From an uncultured Phycisphaeraceae bacterium (GTDB taxonomy: Bacteria; Planctomycetota; B15-G4; JADJEK01), in assembly GCA_964649825.1 (NCBI GenBank), contig CAZYQW010000032.1, forward strand, positions 7,877-71,876: a stretch of 64,000 bases of DNA, in the 5' to 3' direction. The notes beneath the pieces were generated by a model, which ran no database searches, had not been told where the DNA came from, and saw nothing but the letters and a program-made list of their open reading frames with translations. The position numbers and the translations under genes were made by a program. Below are positions 54,958 through 64,000 of the stretch, piece after piece. Positions within the stretch are counted from its first letter, which is position 1; each line of letters starts with the position of its first letter.

Positions 54958-57369
54958 TCAGGGAAGGAGCAGGAGGTGTCCGAACAGCCCGACGTGCTGT
55001 CCGCCGGTCCCGAAGAGGTCGATCTCGTTCACCTGGAGGCCCAGCCCCTCGGCCTCGAGCGACGGCAGCGGGATCGCGCCGAGCGCGTCGATGATCTGCG
55101 GCAACGCGATGTCGAGCGCCGCGCCCAGGAACCCGACCTGCGATTCCATGGCGACCACGTTGCCGCCCGGGAAGACGCGGAGGACGCTCAGCGAGAGACT
55201 CGAGCTGACGAGCGAAACCTCGAGCATGCCTCCTGCTCCGCTGCCGACGTTCACGTCCGCCGACCCCGTCATCGAGACGAGGAGGAGCGGGACGGGCCCG
55301 TACGGCGTCGCCACCTCGAACTCGACCTCGAGGTTGCGCATGTGGATTCGGCCCATGCTCGCCGCCCCGGGCGTCGCCTCGAACGTCGGCGGGACGGTCC
55401 CGTGCGCGCGCAGCGTGACGTTGGTCCCGACCGGCCAGTGATCGAAGCCGGCGTCGGAGAACAGGATCGCGAGCTGGTCGGTGGCCAACGCGACGGGAGC
55501 CCCGCCGGTCGGGATGAGCGACGTCAGATCGCCGTCCATGAGCCCCGCCGCCGTCCCCGCCGCGAGGATCTGGTTGATGAAGTCGTCCGCGATCGAGAGG
55601 CCGGCGCCGTACGGAACTCCCTGCGGCGTCTGCGCGGCGAACGTCACCGGCAGCGTCGGCGTGCCGCGGTACGCCGTCACGGCAGGCGAGCCCGGCTCCG
55701 GCACGCCGACCGTCGTCTTCCCGTCGAGGTGGATCGTCACGCCGTGGTTCGCGTGGACGACCCCCGTGATCGGAGCGGCGAGGTTCAAGTCGACGTCGAG
55801 CGTCGACATCAACGAACCCTGGAGCACGAAGCCGTTCAGGATGTCCGCGATCGCCGGCCCGAGCTCGGCCTGCACCGTCGAGGCGATCGTCGCCTCGACC
55901 TGCGCCTTCACCGACGACTCGATGACGAACAGCTCGGCGACCGAGCCGATGAAACCGTTCAGGTTGAAGTTGAAGTTCTGCCGATCGACGACGACGTCGT
56001 CGACCGCGACCGCGAGCTGGCCGTTCTGCGACGATCCGACGAGCTTCGCATGGATGACGGTCGGGCTCGTCGTGATGTCGCCGTCGAGGTCGTATCCGAT
56101 CTCGAGCACCTCGCCGTAGACGCTGAAGGTGGCCTTGATGTTGAAGATCGTCACCGATCCCACGATCCCGGCCGCGGTCGCGTCGAGGTCGAGCACCATG
56201 TTCGCGGCGTACTTCAGGTCGTCGAAGTCGATCGTGGCCGAGAAGATCGTGAACCCGAACGGCCCCTCTTCGTTGGCCACCTGCTGCGGCGGCAGCGCGA
56301 GCAGCACGCTCTTGATGTCGGCCGCCTCGAGCACCGCCTCGCCCTCCGCCGCCACCATGTCGAGAGCGGCGTCGTTCAACTGCGCGGACAACGTCTTCAC
56401 CGACGGCGCGGCGAGGTTCGTCGCCGTCCCCTTGAAGAACGTCTTCCGCACGCTGGCGACCGTCCCGTCGGCGTGCGCGATCCGGAAGTGCTTCTCGTCG
56501 ATGATCTCGCCGGCGCCGAACTCGACGTTGACCGGTCCGAACGTGCCGTTCGGCTGAACCGCCGCCGGCTGCCCATCGATCAGGAACGACGCGTGCAGCG
56601 GCCCGACGAGCTTCCCGTTCAACGGGATCGGCGAGAACGGAAGGATCGCGCCGTCCCCCACCGGCGTCGTCTGGACGTCCCAGACGTGCACCGTCGTGGT
56701 CGTCTGGAACGAAGAGTTCGCGGTCTGCACGGTCGCGCGGACGAGATAGTCCCCCGCCACGTCCGGCGCCAACGTCGCGAACGGCCGCGTCGGATTCGCG
56801 ATCGACGCCGCGCTGCCCGCCGGCGCCTGGACGATCGTCCAGAGCACCGTGAGCCCCGGCTCGATGGTGCCGTCGGGCAGGGCCATCGAGCTGCCATCGA
56901 ACACGACCTTGCGACCGACCACGGTCGACTGCGAGGCGCCGGCGGTCGGCGGCGCGAGGACGTTCAACGTGGCGCCGTTGCTGAAATCGAGACCGAACGG
57001 GAACGAGTCGTCGAGCACGGCGGCGAGCAGGTAGATCGTTTCCGCGTCGATGCCCGCGAACGTCGGGATCACGCCGGGCAGCGTGAGAGTCCCGCCGCCC
57101 GGGATCGTTCCGATCGAGATGAAGGTCGCGAAGGGAGTGAACGAGATCGGCAGGCTCTGCCCGAACGCCAGCGTCGGTCCGGGCAGGACGTCGGCCACCA
57201 GGGTCACCGCCTTCCCGGGCGTGCCGGTCACCGTCAGGGTCACCGGTGTCCCCATGAACTTGTCGACGACGTCCTGGCCGTCGAGCTTCAGGGAGGAACC
57301 GACGACGGCCGGCGCCAGGATGGCGCAAGCGATCATGACCCGAACGGCGTTCGCGAACGTGACCCGCAT
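54958..57369 (-). CDS. Secreted 803-aa hypothetical protein. Its N-terminal region, immediately after the signal peptide, is a copy of the shared module (...GTLTLPGVIPTFAGIDAETIYLLAAVLDDSFPFGLDFSNGATLNV).
   Basis: Signal peptide MRVTFANAVRVMIACAILAPAVVG. Long codon-biased frame. No other recognisable domain. Confidence 0.75.
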   Translation of the reverse strand: MRVTFANAVRVMIACAILAPAVVGSSLKLDGQDVVDKFMGTPVTLTVTGTPGKAVTLVADVLPGPTLAFGQSLPISFTPFATFISIGTIPGGGTLTLPGVIPTFAGIDAETIYLLAAVLDDSFPFGLDFSNGATLNVLAPPTAGASQSTVVGRKVVFDGSSMALPDGTIEPGLTVLWTIVQAPAGSAASIANPTRPFATLAPDVAGDYLVRATVQTANSSFQTTTTVHVWDVQTTPVGDGAILPFSPIPLNGKLVGPLHASFLIDGQPAAVQPNGTFGPVNVEFGAGEIIDEKHFRIAHADGTVASVRKTFFKGTATNLAAPSVKTLSAQLNDAALDMVAAEGEAVLEAADIKSVLLALPPQQVANEEGPFGFTIFSATIDFDDLKYAANMVLDLDATAAGIVGSVTIFNIKATFSVYGEVLEIGYDLDGDITTSPTVIHAKLVGSSQNGQLAVAVDDVVVDRQNFNFNLNGFIGSVAELFVIESSVKAQVEATIASTVQAELGPAIADILNGFVLQGSLMSTLDVDLNLAAPITGVVHANHGVTIHLDGKTTVGVPEPGSPAVTAYRGTPTLPVTFAAQTPQGVPYGAGLSIADDFINQILAAGTAAGLMDGDLTSLIPTGGAPVALATDQLAILFSDAGFDHWPVGTNVTLRAHGTVPPTFEATPGAASMGRIHMRNLEVEFEVATPYGPVPLLLVSMTGSADVNVGSGAGGMLEVSLVSSSLSLSVLRVFPGGNVVAMESQVGFLGAALDIALPQIIDALGAIPLPSLEAEGLGLQVNEIDLFGTGGQHVGLFGHLLLLP

Positions 57370-57601
57370 GATGAGCTCCTGAACGTGGATTGACGCCTGA
57401 ACGGGTGGAGTCTATCAGCGCGGCGCCCGGCCGGGCTCGCCGGCGCCCGATCGCCACCGTTACCTGTTCCTCCCCGCTGGGTCGGGTCGTAACGTCCGAC
57501 CTCTGTTCCGTGCCGTTCGAATGCCCTCCAACGGCCGTTCGAGAGTTGGTCCGGTCGTTGCGTCGATCCCCCGCGACGACCTGCGAACCCCGGGAGGCGA
57601 A

Positions 57602-58996
57602 ATGCGTCCGACTCCTTTCCTTTGGCTCGTTCTCTTCCTCGTCCGCTCGCCCGCGGCCGAGGGCGCCGATGCGCTCGTTCGCCTCGAGTTCCTGCCGCAG
57701 GCGAAGAACCAGGCGCTCCGCCTCTACGTCCTCGCCGATGGAGACGCCGGGTTCGACAACAAGCTCGCCGCGAGCGACGTGAAGCTCCACCAGGCGGGCG
57801 GGACGACGCCGGTGCGATTCGCCTTCGGGGCGGACGAGGACGGCGACGGGGTCGATGAGCTCGTGGTCATCCGAGAGAAGACGAAGAAGGGTGGCCGCGC
57901 CGAGTTCCGGATCTATCGCACGCCGTCGAAGATCTGGGGCACGACCGGCAAGCCCGTCGCGAAGGTGACGCCGGAGGAGATCGTGTTCGGCGGAGCCGGT
58001 GGTCTCGTCGCAGCGACGGCGATCGACCGGTCGGGGCTTGGGGACGAGCTTGCACTCGTGATCGACGAAGCGGCCGGCCAACGGCTCGAGTTCCGCCCGC
58101 TTCCGAGCGGGAAGCATTGGAACGCGCCGGCGCTGACCGTCGACCTGGGCGACCCGAGCGAGCTCGGGTCGGTTCGAGCGATCGCGTCCGTAGCCCTCGA
58201 TGATGAGGATGGCGATGGCGGGGGCGGCGAGCGACTCCTCGTCCTGCGCGAGCAGACTGACTCGACGCGCACGCTCGCGATCCACGTGGTCCCAACATCG
58301 AGTGCGTCGAGCACGTCGACCGTGCTCGACGACCCCGTCGCTTCGTACGTCCTTCCCGCGACGGCGACCATCATCCGCCAGATCGACTCGTTCACCGCCG
58401 GCAGCCCGCCGGAGACCGAGGAGACGGCGCCGGAGCTCCTCGTCCTCTGGGACGACGGAGCCGGCCAATCGACCGCGCGATACCCCCTTCCCTCGGGCCT
58501 CGGTCTCGCGCTGCCGAGCCCCACCGACACGGTCGCCGGCTTCGCGGGACTCGCGACGCACGCGGCTTGCTCGCTCCGCCGGCCGATTCCTCCACCCGAC
58601 GGCTCATCGCCGATGAGCGTCGTCGGTGCGTATCGCGTGTACGTCAGCGCCGGGTTGTTCGGGGGCGATTCCGTCACGCTATTCGGACACCTCGCGAGCG
58701 GGACCGCGACGATCGCGATGAACGGCTCGGCCTACTCGCTCACGTTCCCGTCGGGGGAGGTGATGCCCATCACGGTGACCGGCGACGGCACTTCCGACCC
58801 ACGAATCGCCGGAGTGCCGGCGACCGTCTCGGTCATCGTCCCGAGCCTGGGGTTCGGGTCCACTCCGATCCCCGTGTCGCTCACCGGCACTTTCTGGTTC
58901 TACAACAAGGCCGACCTGGACCAGATCGCGCTCGGCGCCCCGTACTCGTTCCTCCCACCGTGGTTGATCGGTGGTCTGCTCCTCTCGAAGCTCTGA
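57602..58996 (+). CDS. Secreted hypothetical protein (~465 aa).
   Basis: Internal ATG gives the signal peptide MRPTPFLWLVLFLVRSPAAEGA. Codon-biased frame. Confidence 0.65.
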   Translation: MRPTPFLWLVLFLVRSPAAEGADALVRLEFLPQAKNQALRLYVLADGDAGFDNKLAASDVKLHQAGGTTPVRFAFGADEDGDGVDELVVIREKTKKGGRAEFRIYRTPSKIWGTTGKPVAKVTPEEIVFGGAGGLVAATAIDRSGLGDELALVIDEAAGQRLEFRPLPSGKHWNAPALTVDLGDPSELGSVRAIASVALDDEDGDGGGGERLLVLREQTDSTRTLAIHVVPTSSASSTSTVLDDPVASYVLPATATIIRQIDSFTAGSPPETEETAPELLVLWDDGAGQSTARYPLPSGLGLALPSPTDTVAGFAGLATHAACSLRRPIPPPDGSSPMSVVGAYRVYVSAGLFGGDSVTLFGHLASGTATIAMNGSAYSLTFPSGEVMPITVTGDGTSDPRIAGVPATVSVIVPSLGFGSTPIPVSLTGTFWFYNKADLDQIALGAPYSFLPPWLIGGLLLSKL

Positions 58997-59096
58997 TCGC
59001 GGTTCCCGCGTACCGACGTCGCGCCCACGGCGACGCGAACGTCGCCGTGGGCCCGCGATTCCGCCGATCCCGCCGCCGAATGCGGACGGAGGCCGA

Positions 59097-59465
59097 TCAC
59101 TGCCAGTACGGCGTGGCACCGTAGTGCTTGTAGACGGAGCTTCGCCACTTCGGATCGGCGGTGTCCGGCCAGTTGTCCTTGTCGAAGCTCGGGGCGTCCT
59201 TCAACCGCTCCTTGTCCACGTCGAGCACGTAACGCTCCTCGCCGTGGTCGTAGCGGAGGGACTCCCACGGAATCGCGAACAACTTGCTGCCGATTCCGAA
59301 AAGCCCACCGAACGAGAGGACCACGTACGCGATCCGCGAGTCGCCAACGTCGAGCATCACCTCCTCGACCTTGCCCAGGTCTTCGCCGCTCGGGTTCACC
59401 ACCGCGGTTCCGCACACCGTGCTCGCGGAGATCACCGCCGGGGCGCCGGTCACTTTGTTCGTCAT
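59097..59465 (-). CDS. PRC-barrel domain protein.
   Basis: NPSGEDLGKVEEVMLDVGDSRIAYVVLSFGG matches the PRC barrel signature. Confidence 0.8.
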   Translation of the reverse strand: MTNKVTGAPAVISASTVCGTAVVNPSGEDLGKVEEVMLDVGDSRIAYVVLSFGGLFGIGSKLFAIPWESLRYDHGEERYVLDVDKERLKDAPSFDKDNWPDTADPKWRSSVYKHYGATPYWQ

Positions 59466-59621
59466 CGTTCGTGCTCCTTACGTGATTGCAAGGCGAGATC
59501 GCCCACCGATCTCGCGGATCGCGACCGACCTGACGTTCGTCGACAGGGTCGCCGCACTCCGTAAGGGAGCAACTCGCGCGCCGTTCGCCACCGAGCCCGA
59601 ACCGGCCCGGCCGGGAGGGTT

Positions 59622-60062
59622 TCACATCGATGACGGTGGCGCGGGCCGATCGGTTGTAGAAACTTCTTTCACGGTTCCGGCCCGATGCACCGCGCCGACT
59701 CGGGCGAGATGCCGCTCGAGAAGCGCCAGGTTGCGGCGGTTCGCCCGGAACACGAGATCGAACAGGTCGCCGACGAGAGGGATCGAGCCGAGGAGGGCAT
59801 CCAACGCGAGGTTCCAGAGCATGCGCAGCTTCGTCCGCTTCGGAACCCCGAGCCGGTGCGCGCGATAGACGAGGTAGCCGGAGAGCCCGAGGCTCGTCGC
59901 GTCGCCGATTCCCGGCACGAGCCCGATCAGCGGATCGAGTCCGATCCGCACGCCGGTGCCGGGAATCGTCCACTTCGTGTCGAGCAGGTCCGCGAGCCGC
60001 CGTAAATGTTCGATGTCTCGACCTCCGTCGTCGCCGGTCGACGCTGGCTTCGATCCGGGCAT
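59622..60062 (-). CDS. DUF4112-like small membrane protein.
   Basis: Internal ATG MPGSKP...LLDTKWTIPGTGVRIGLDPLIGLVPGIGD. Confidence 0.65.
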   Translation of the reverse strand: MPGSKPASTGDDGGRDIEHLRRLADLLDTKWTIPGTGVRIGLDPLIGLVPGIGDATSLGLSGYLVYRAHRLGVPKRTKLRMLWNLALDALLGSIPLVGDLFDLVFRANRRNLALLERHLARVGAVHRAGTVKEVSTTDRPAPPSSM

Positions 60063-60085
60063 CGTGTCGTCTCCAGCCACGGGTC

Positions 60086-60526
60086 CTACTCCCTGGCTTC
60101 GTGATCGCGGCCGGCCGGCTTGAGCGCGGGAAGAAACCGGAAGGTGGCGAAGTTGATCGCGGCGAGGATCAACGCGATCTCCGCCCTCCCGAACGCGATC
60201 GCTGCGCCGATGGCTCCCGTGCACCAGATGCTCGTGGCAGTCGCGGTCCCGCGGACTCGGTCGCCTGACCGCACGATCGCGCCGCCGCCGATGAAGCCGA
60301 TCCCGGTGATCAGGCCCTCGAGGGCGCGCGCACGGCCTTCCGAAGAGTCCGGAAACGCGGACTCGGCGATCAACGCGAAGCCGCAGCTCGCGACCGCCAC
60401 GAGGGGGAAGGTCCGAAGCCCGGCGCTCCGCGTAGCGTGCTCCCGATCCCACGCCACGGGAAGGGCGAGCAGATACGCGCCACAAAGCTTGAGCGAATGA
60501 ACGGCGAGTTCGCTCCAGTCGAACAT
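60086..60526 (-). CDS. MgtC/SapB-family membrane protein.
   Basis: GLITGIGFIGGGAI motif and TM segments. Confidence 0.75.
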   Translation of the reverse strand: MFDWSELAVHSLKLCGAYLLALPVAWDREHATRSAGLRTFPLVAVASCGFALIAESAFPDSSEGRARALEGLITGIGFIGGGAIVRSGDRVRGTATATSIWCTGAIGAAIAFGRAEIALILAAINFATFRFLPALKPAGRDHEARE

Positions 60527-60652
60527 GAGTCCTCCAGCAGACACGGCAGCAGAAACGGCAGCAGACACCCGTCGGTCGAGACGGACGTCGGCGCGAGCTC
60601 CGCCCGAGCGGTTGCCGCGCCGAGAGTCACGTTCGTCGATCGAGCGAGCCGG

Positions 60653-61039
60653 TCACGGGTCGTTCTCGAGCTCGGCATCCAGCTCCTCGCCGAGCTCCTC
60701 GACCTTGTCCGAGACCTCGTCGCAGGTCTCGCTGATCTCCGCCTTCACCCGGTCCCACGCGTCCTCGCTCGCGTCGCCGAGGTTCTCGAGCCGTTGTCTC
60801 AACGCGACGCGTTGCTCCTCCAGCTCGGCCAACGCTTGGTGAAACGACGCCTCGACGTCATGGCCTTGGACACGCGCGCCGAGTTCATCGATGCGCTCGT
60901 CGAGCGCCGCGAACTTCTGCTCCAGTCGATCGGTCACCATGCTCCGGCGGGTCGAGTCGTCATCGTCGGCGCACCCCGACAACGAGCCGAGATACAACAG
61001 GCCCGCGACGCCAGCGATTCGGATCATGTTCGTGTTCAT
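60653..61039 (-). CDS. Small coiled-coil lipoprotein (signal peptide ending LSGC).
   Basis: MNTNMIRIAGVAGLLYLGSLSGCADDDD has a lipobox. The remainder is acidic and helical. Confidence 0.6.
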   Translation of the reverse strand: MNTNMIRIAGVAGLLYLGSLSGCADDDDSTRRSMVTDRLEQKFAALDERIDELGARVQGHDVEASFHQALAELEEQRVALRQRLENLGDASEDAWDRVKAEISETCDEVSDKVEELGEELDAELENDP

Positions 61040-61342
61040 CGTCGCCGCCTGTGGAAGGTGAACCCGCCCAACGGATTCGACGGAGGCCGGGTTCGATGGA
61101 CGCCGAGGGTTGGGTAGCGACCCGCGTGCCAAGTCCAGTGATGGAGGATCGAGGATCGCGCGCGCGGCCCCGGAGAACCCGATCGTCGAGACGACGCCGG
61201 GCGGCGGCATGCACTCTGTACAAACGCCACGTCCGCCGGCCGGGCCGGCGCGGGCGCCGAGAAGTCCGTAACGTGCTATCTCGGACGGATCGGAACGGCC
61301 GGCGTCGCGGCCACCCTCCCATCGAACGTTGGAGAAAGCGTA

Positions 61343-62092
61343 ATGACCCAGTCGCACGTCGTCCTCGTCACCGGTGCCACGTCAGGGATCGGCGCCGCCT
61401 CCGCCGTCGCGTTCGCGGCAGCGGGCTACCGAGTCGTCCTCGCCGGACGCCGCGCGGAGAAGGGACGGGCCGTCGCCGACGCGATCCGCGCCACGGGCGG
61501 GGACGCCACGTTCTTCAGGGCGGACGTCTCGAAGCCGGACGAGGTCGCGGGGCTGATCGCCAACGCGCTCGAGACGTACGGCCGGCTCGACGCGGCGTTC
61601 AACAACGCAGGGGTGGAAGGGGACACGTTCATCCCCGTCCACGAGCAGACGGCGGAGAACTTCCAGCACGTCTTCGAGGTGAACGTCCATGCCGTCCTGC
61701 AGTGCATGAAGGCCGAGATCCCCGCCATGCTGAAGTCGGGCGGTGGCTCGATCATCAACAACTCCTCGATCGCGGGAGTCGTCGGCTTCAACGGAATGAG
61801 CGTCTACTCCGCCAGCAAGCACGCGGTCATCGGGCTCACCCGAACGGCCGCCCTCGAGTACGCGCCGGTCGGAGTCCGAGTGAACGCGATCGCGCCCGGA
61901 CCGATCGAGACCGAGATGTTCGACCGATTCGCGGACGACCAGGTCCGCGAGCAGATCAACACGATGGTGCCGATGGGCCGCGCCGGCACCGCCGAGGAGA
62001 TCGCGACGGCGGTGCTGTGGCTCGCGGACCCGCGGAACAGCTACACGACCGGACAGGTGATCGCCGTCGACGGGGGCTTCACCGCGCAGTGA
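61343..62092 (+). CDS. SDR-family oxidoreductase.
   Basis: TGATSGIGAA cofactor-binding motif and YSASK catalytic motif. Confidence 0.9.
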   Translation: MTQSHVVLVTGATSGIGAASAVAFAAAGYRVVLAGRRAEKGRAVADAIRATGGDATFFRADVSKPDEVAGLIANALETYGRLDAAFNNAGVEGDTFIPVHEQTAENFQHVFEVNVHAVLQCMKAEIPAMLKSGGGSIINNSSIAGVVGFNGMSVYSASKHAVIGLTRTAALEYAPVGVRVNAIAPGPIETEMFDRFADDQVREQINTMVPMGRAGTAEEIATAVLWLADPRNSYTTGQVIAVDGGFTAQ

Positions 62093-62112
62093 CCGTCCGT
62101 CATCATGCGGGC

Positions 62113-64000
62113 ATGGAGTCGTTCTCCGCCGCCACCCGCTCCTGGTTTCGCGACGCCTTCGCCGGCCCGACCGACGTCCAACGACGGGGATGGGCGGCGA
62201 TCGCGGCGGGACACCACGCCTTGCTCGTGGCTCCGACCGGAAGCGGCAAGACCCTCGCGGCGTTCCTGTACGCGCTGGACCGCCTGACGTCCGCCCCGGC
62301 CGGCCGCGGCGCGGGGACGCGCGTGCTCTACGTCTCGCCGCTGAAGGCGCTCGTGTACGACGTCGAGCGGAACCTCCGCCTCCCGCTGGCGGGGATCGCC
62401 CGCCACGCCGGCGACGGAGCCGCCATGCCGACGATCGCGATGCGCACCGGAGACACGACGCCGCGGGACCGCCAGCGCCAATTGAGGGAGCCGGGCGACA
62501 TCCTGGTGACGACCCCCGAGTCGCTCTACCTGATGCTCGGCTCGCGTGCGCGGGAGACGCTGCGACGGATCGACACGGTCATCGTCGACGAGGTCCACGC
62601 CCTGGCGCCGACCAAGCGCGGAGCGCACCTCGCGCTCTCGCTCGAGCGGCTCGCCCGTATCACCCACGTCGACCCGCAACGCGTCGGGCTGTCGGCGACG
62701 GCCGAGCCGCTGGCGGAGGTCGCGCGCTTCCTCGGCGGCGACCGGACGGTCGAGGTGGTCGACGCTCGTGCGCGGCCCGTCCTCGACCTCCGCGTCGTCG
62801 TTCCGGTTCCCGACATGACGCGACCCGAGGCCGGACGCGACCAAGACGCTCCGGCCCGCGACGACGAGGACCCAGAGGAGGTCGACAAGCCCGAGGAAGT
62901 CGGGTTGTGGCCGACGATCTACCCGCGCCTCCTCGAACTGATCCGCGAGCATCGCTCGACGATCATCTTCGTGAACAGCCGCGGCCTCTGCGAGCGTCTG
63001 ACCCGCCGCCTGAACGACACGCTCGGCGAGGAGCTGGTCCGCTCGCACCACGGCAGCATGGCCCGCGACGAGCGCGAGCGGATCGAGATGCAGCTCAAGG
63101 CGGGCGAGATCCCGGCCATCGTCGCGACGAACTCTCTCGAGCTCGGCATCGACATGGGCGCCGTCGACCTCGTGGTGCTGGTCGAGTCGCCGGGCGCCGT
63201 CGCACGCGGGCTGCAGCGCGTCGGCCGCGCCGGGCACTCGGTCGGCGAGCAGAGCCGCGGCCGGCTCTTCCCGAAGCACCGGGGCGACCTGCTCGAAGCG
63301 GCCGTCGTCGCGCAGCGGATGCTCGCGGGCGAGATCGAGGCGCTGCACGTCCCGAGCAACCCGCTCGACGTGCTGGCCCAGCACGTCGTCGCGATCGTCG
63401 CCGTCGAGGAGACGAGCGTCGCCGACCTGTACGCGACCGTGCGGAGGGCGGCGAACTTCCGCGACCTGCCGAAGGACGGCCTCGCTGCCGTGCTCGACAT
63501 GCTGTCCGGACGCTTTCCGTCGCATGCGTTCGCCGACCTCGCGCCCCGCGTCACCTGGGACCGTGAGACCGACCGCCTCTCCCCGCGCCGAGGCGCGCGG
63601 CTGCTCGCGCTCGTGAACGGCGGGACGATCCCCGACCGCGGCACGTACGGCGTCTACCTCGGCGAGGAGGGACCGCGCGTCGGCGAGCTCGACGAGGAGA
63701 TGGTGAACGAGACCGTCGCCGGGCAGGTCTTCACGCTCGGCGCGTCGAGCTGGCGCGTCGCGCGGATCACGCGCGACCGCGTCATCGTCGCACCGGCGCC
63801 GGGCGAGACCGGCAAGCTGCCGTTCTGGCGCGGCGAAGGACCCGGGCGACCGATCGAGCTCGGCTTCGCGCTCGGCGCGTTCTCCCGCGAGATCGCGGCG
63901 CGCTCCGTCGAGGATGCGCGGCGCTGGCTCCTCGACGAGTTCCCGGTCGACGAGAACGCGGCCGCGAACCTCGTACGCTACGTCGACGAGCAGAAGCACG
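62113..64000 (+). CDS. lhr: ATP-dependent helicase Lhr (DEAD/DEAH box), partial; continues beyond the window end. Absent from the ORF track because it has no stop inside the window.
   Basis: MESFSAATRSWFRDAFAGPTDVQRRGWAAIAAGHHALLVAPTGSGKTLAAFLYALDRL..., DEVH motif at ~62590, SAT motif and downstream helicase C motifs. Confidence 0.8.
   Translation, partial: MESFSAATRSWFRDAFAGPTDVQRRGWAAIAAGHHALLVAPTGSGKTLAAFLYALDRLTSAPAGRGAGTRVLYVSPLKALVYDVERNLRLPLAGIARHAGDGAAMPTIAMRTGDTTPRDRQRQLREPGDILVTTPESLYLMLGSRARETLRRIDTVIVDEVHALAPTKRGAHLALSLERLARITHVDPQRVGLSATAEPLAEVARFLGGDRTVEVVDARARPVLDLRVVVPVPDMTRPEAGRDQDAPARDDEDPEEVDKPEEVGLWPTIYPRLLELIREHRSTIIFVNSRGLCERLTRRLNDTLGEELVRSHHGSMARDERERIEMQLKAGEIPAIVATNSLELGIDMGAVDLVVLVESPGAVARGLQRVGRAGHSVGEQSRGRLFPKHRGDLLEAAVVAQRMLAGEIEALHVPSNPLDVLAQHVVAIVAVEETSVADLYATVRRAANFRDLPKDGLAAVLDMLSGRFPSHAFADLAPRVTWDRETDRLSPRRGARLLALVNGGTIPDRGTYGVYLGEEGPRVGELDEEMVNETVAGQVFTLGASSWRVARITRDRVIVAPAPGETGKLPFWRGEGPGRPIELGFALGAFSREIAARSVEDARRWLLDEFPVDENAAANLVRYVDEQKH

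Noticed and set aside
54926-58561. 1211-aa minus-strand and 805-aa plus-strand ORFs overlapping the 54958..57369 gene.
   Set aside because: Arg/Asp/Gly-rich artefacts. The chosen frame has a signal peptide and the shared module.
62041-63999. 652-aa minus-strand ORF and 62190..63566(+) 458-aa ORF.
   Set aside because: Both overlap the lhr helicase gene, whose frame shows Walker A/DEVH and helicase motifs. They are low-complexity.

Overview
The window is a 64 kb, ~70% GC bacterial chromosomal segment. Gene calls rely on codon-position GC skew and recognisable protein motifs, because many long Arg/Ala/Pro-rich ORFs in the track are antisense or alternate-frame artefacts. I did not recognise any rRNA, tRNA, CRISPR array, transposase or integrase. 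Layout: (i) 1-11.4 kb is a minus-strand accessory island. It holds a partial membrane protein, an AbrB-type antitoxin next to a degraded Doc/Fic toxin, a secreted Gly/Pro-rich protein, and a cluster of FGE-sulfatase (SUMF1-type) domain genes and fragments. The cluster ends in a tightly coupled three-gene operon: TIR-domain protein, MoxR-like AAA+ ATPase, and a 1232-aa protein with two tandem FGE-sulfatase domains. I interpret this operon as a candidate NTPase-based conflict/anti-phage system. (ii) 11.5-23 kb carries split yeeE/yedE, hsp20, a sulfatase-like enzyme, secreted repeat proteins, a VOC protein, a DUF2157 membrane operon, an SPFH protein and a ribbon-helix-helix protein. (iii) 23.2-26.9 kb is a Kgd/OdhA-type fused 2-oxoglutarate dehydrogenase. 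(iv) 27-46 kb is a run of otherwise unrelated secreted proteins (beta-propeller-like, beta-helix, SBBP, NHL) that share a ~100-aa C-terminal module with the FG-GAP protein at 15-16.9 kb; an eighth protein at 55-57.4 kb carries the module N-terminally. I could not match this module to any sorting signal I know. (v) 46.7-64 kb is housekeeping-like: clpS, a GNAT protein, an SDR/RidA/enoyl-CoA hydratase/acyl-CoA dehydrogenase/ferredoxin operon, an AI-2E transporter, a NYN protein and an lhr helicase. Non-coding findings: a ~150-nt inverted-repeat element present twice with compensatory stem changes; a ~1 kb scar between convergent genes holding a RecQ N-terminal remnant, a 25-bp perfect inverted repeat and a minisatellite; a ~950-bp C-rich non-coding region with repeated sequence boxes; and four near-identical ~120-bp nucleotide repeats inside the FGE domain genes. 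Coordinates taken directly from sequence lines may be off by 1-2 nt; coordinates derived from the ORF table are exact.
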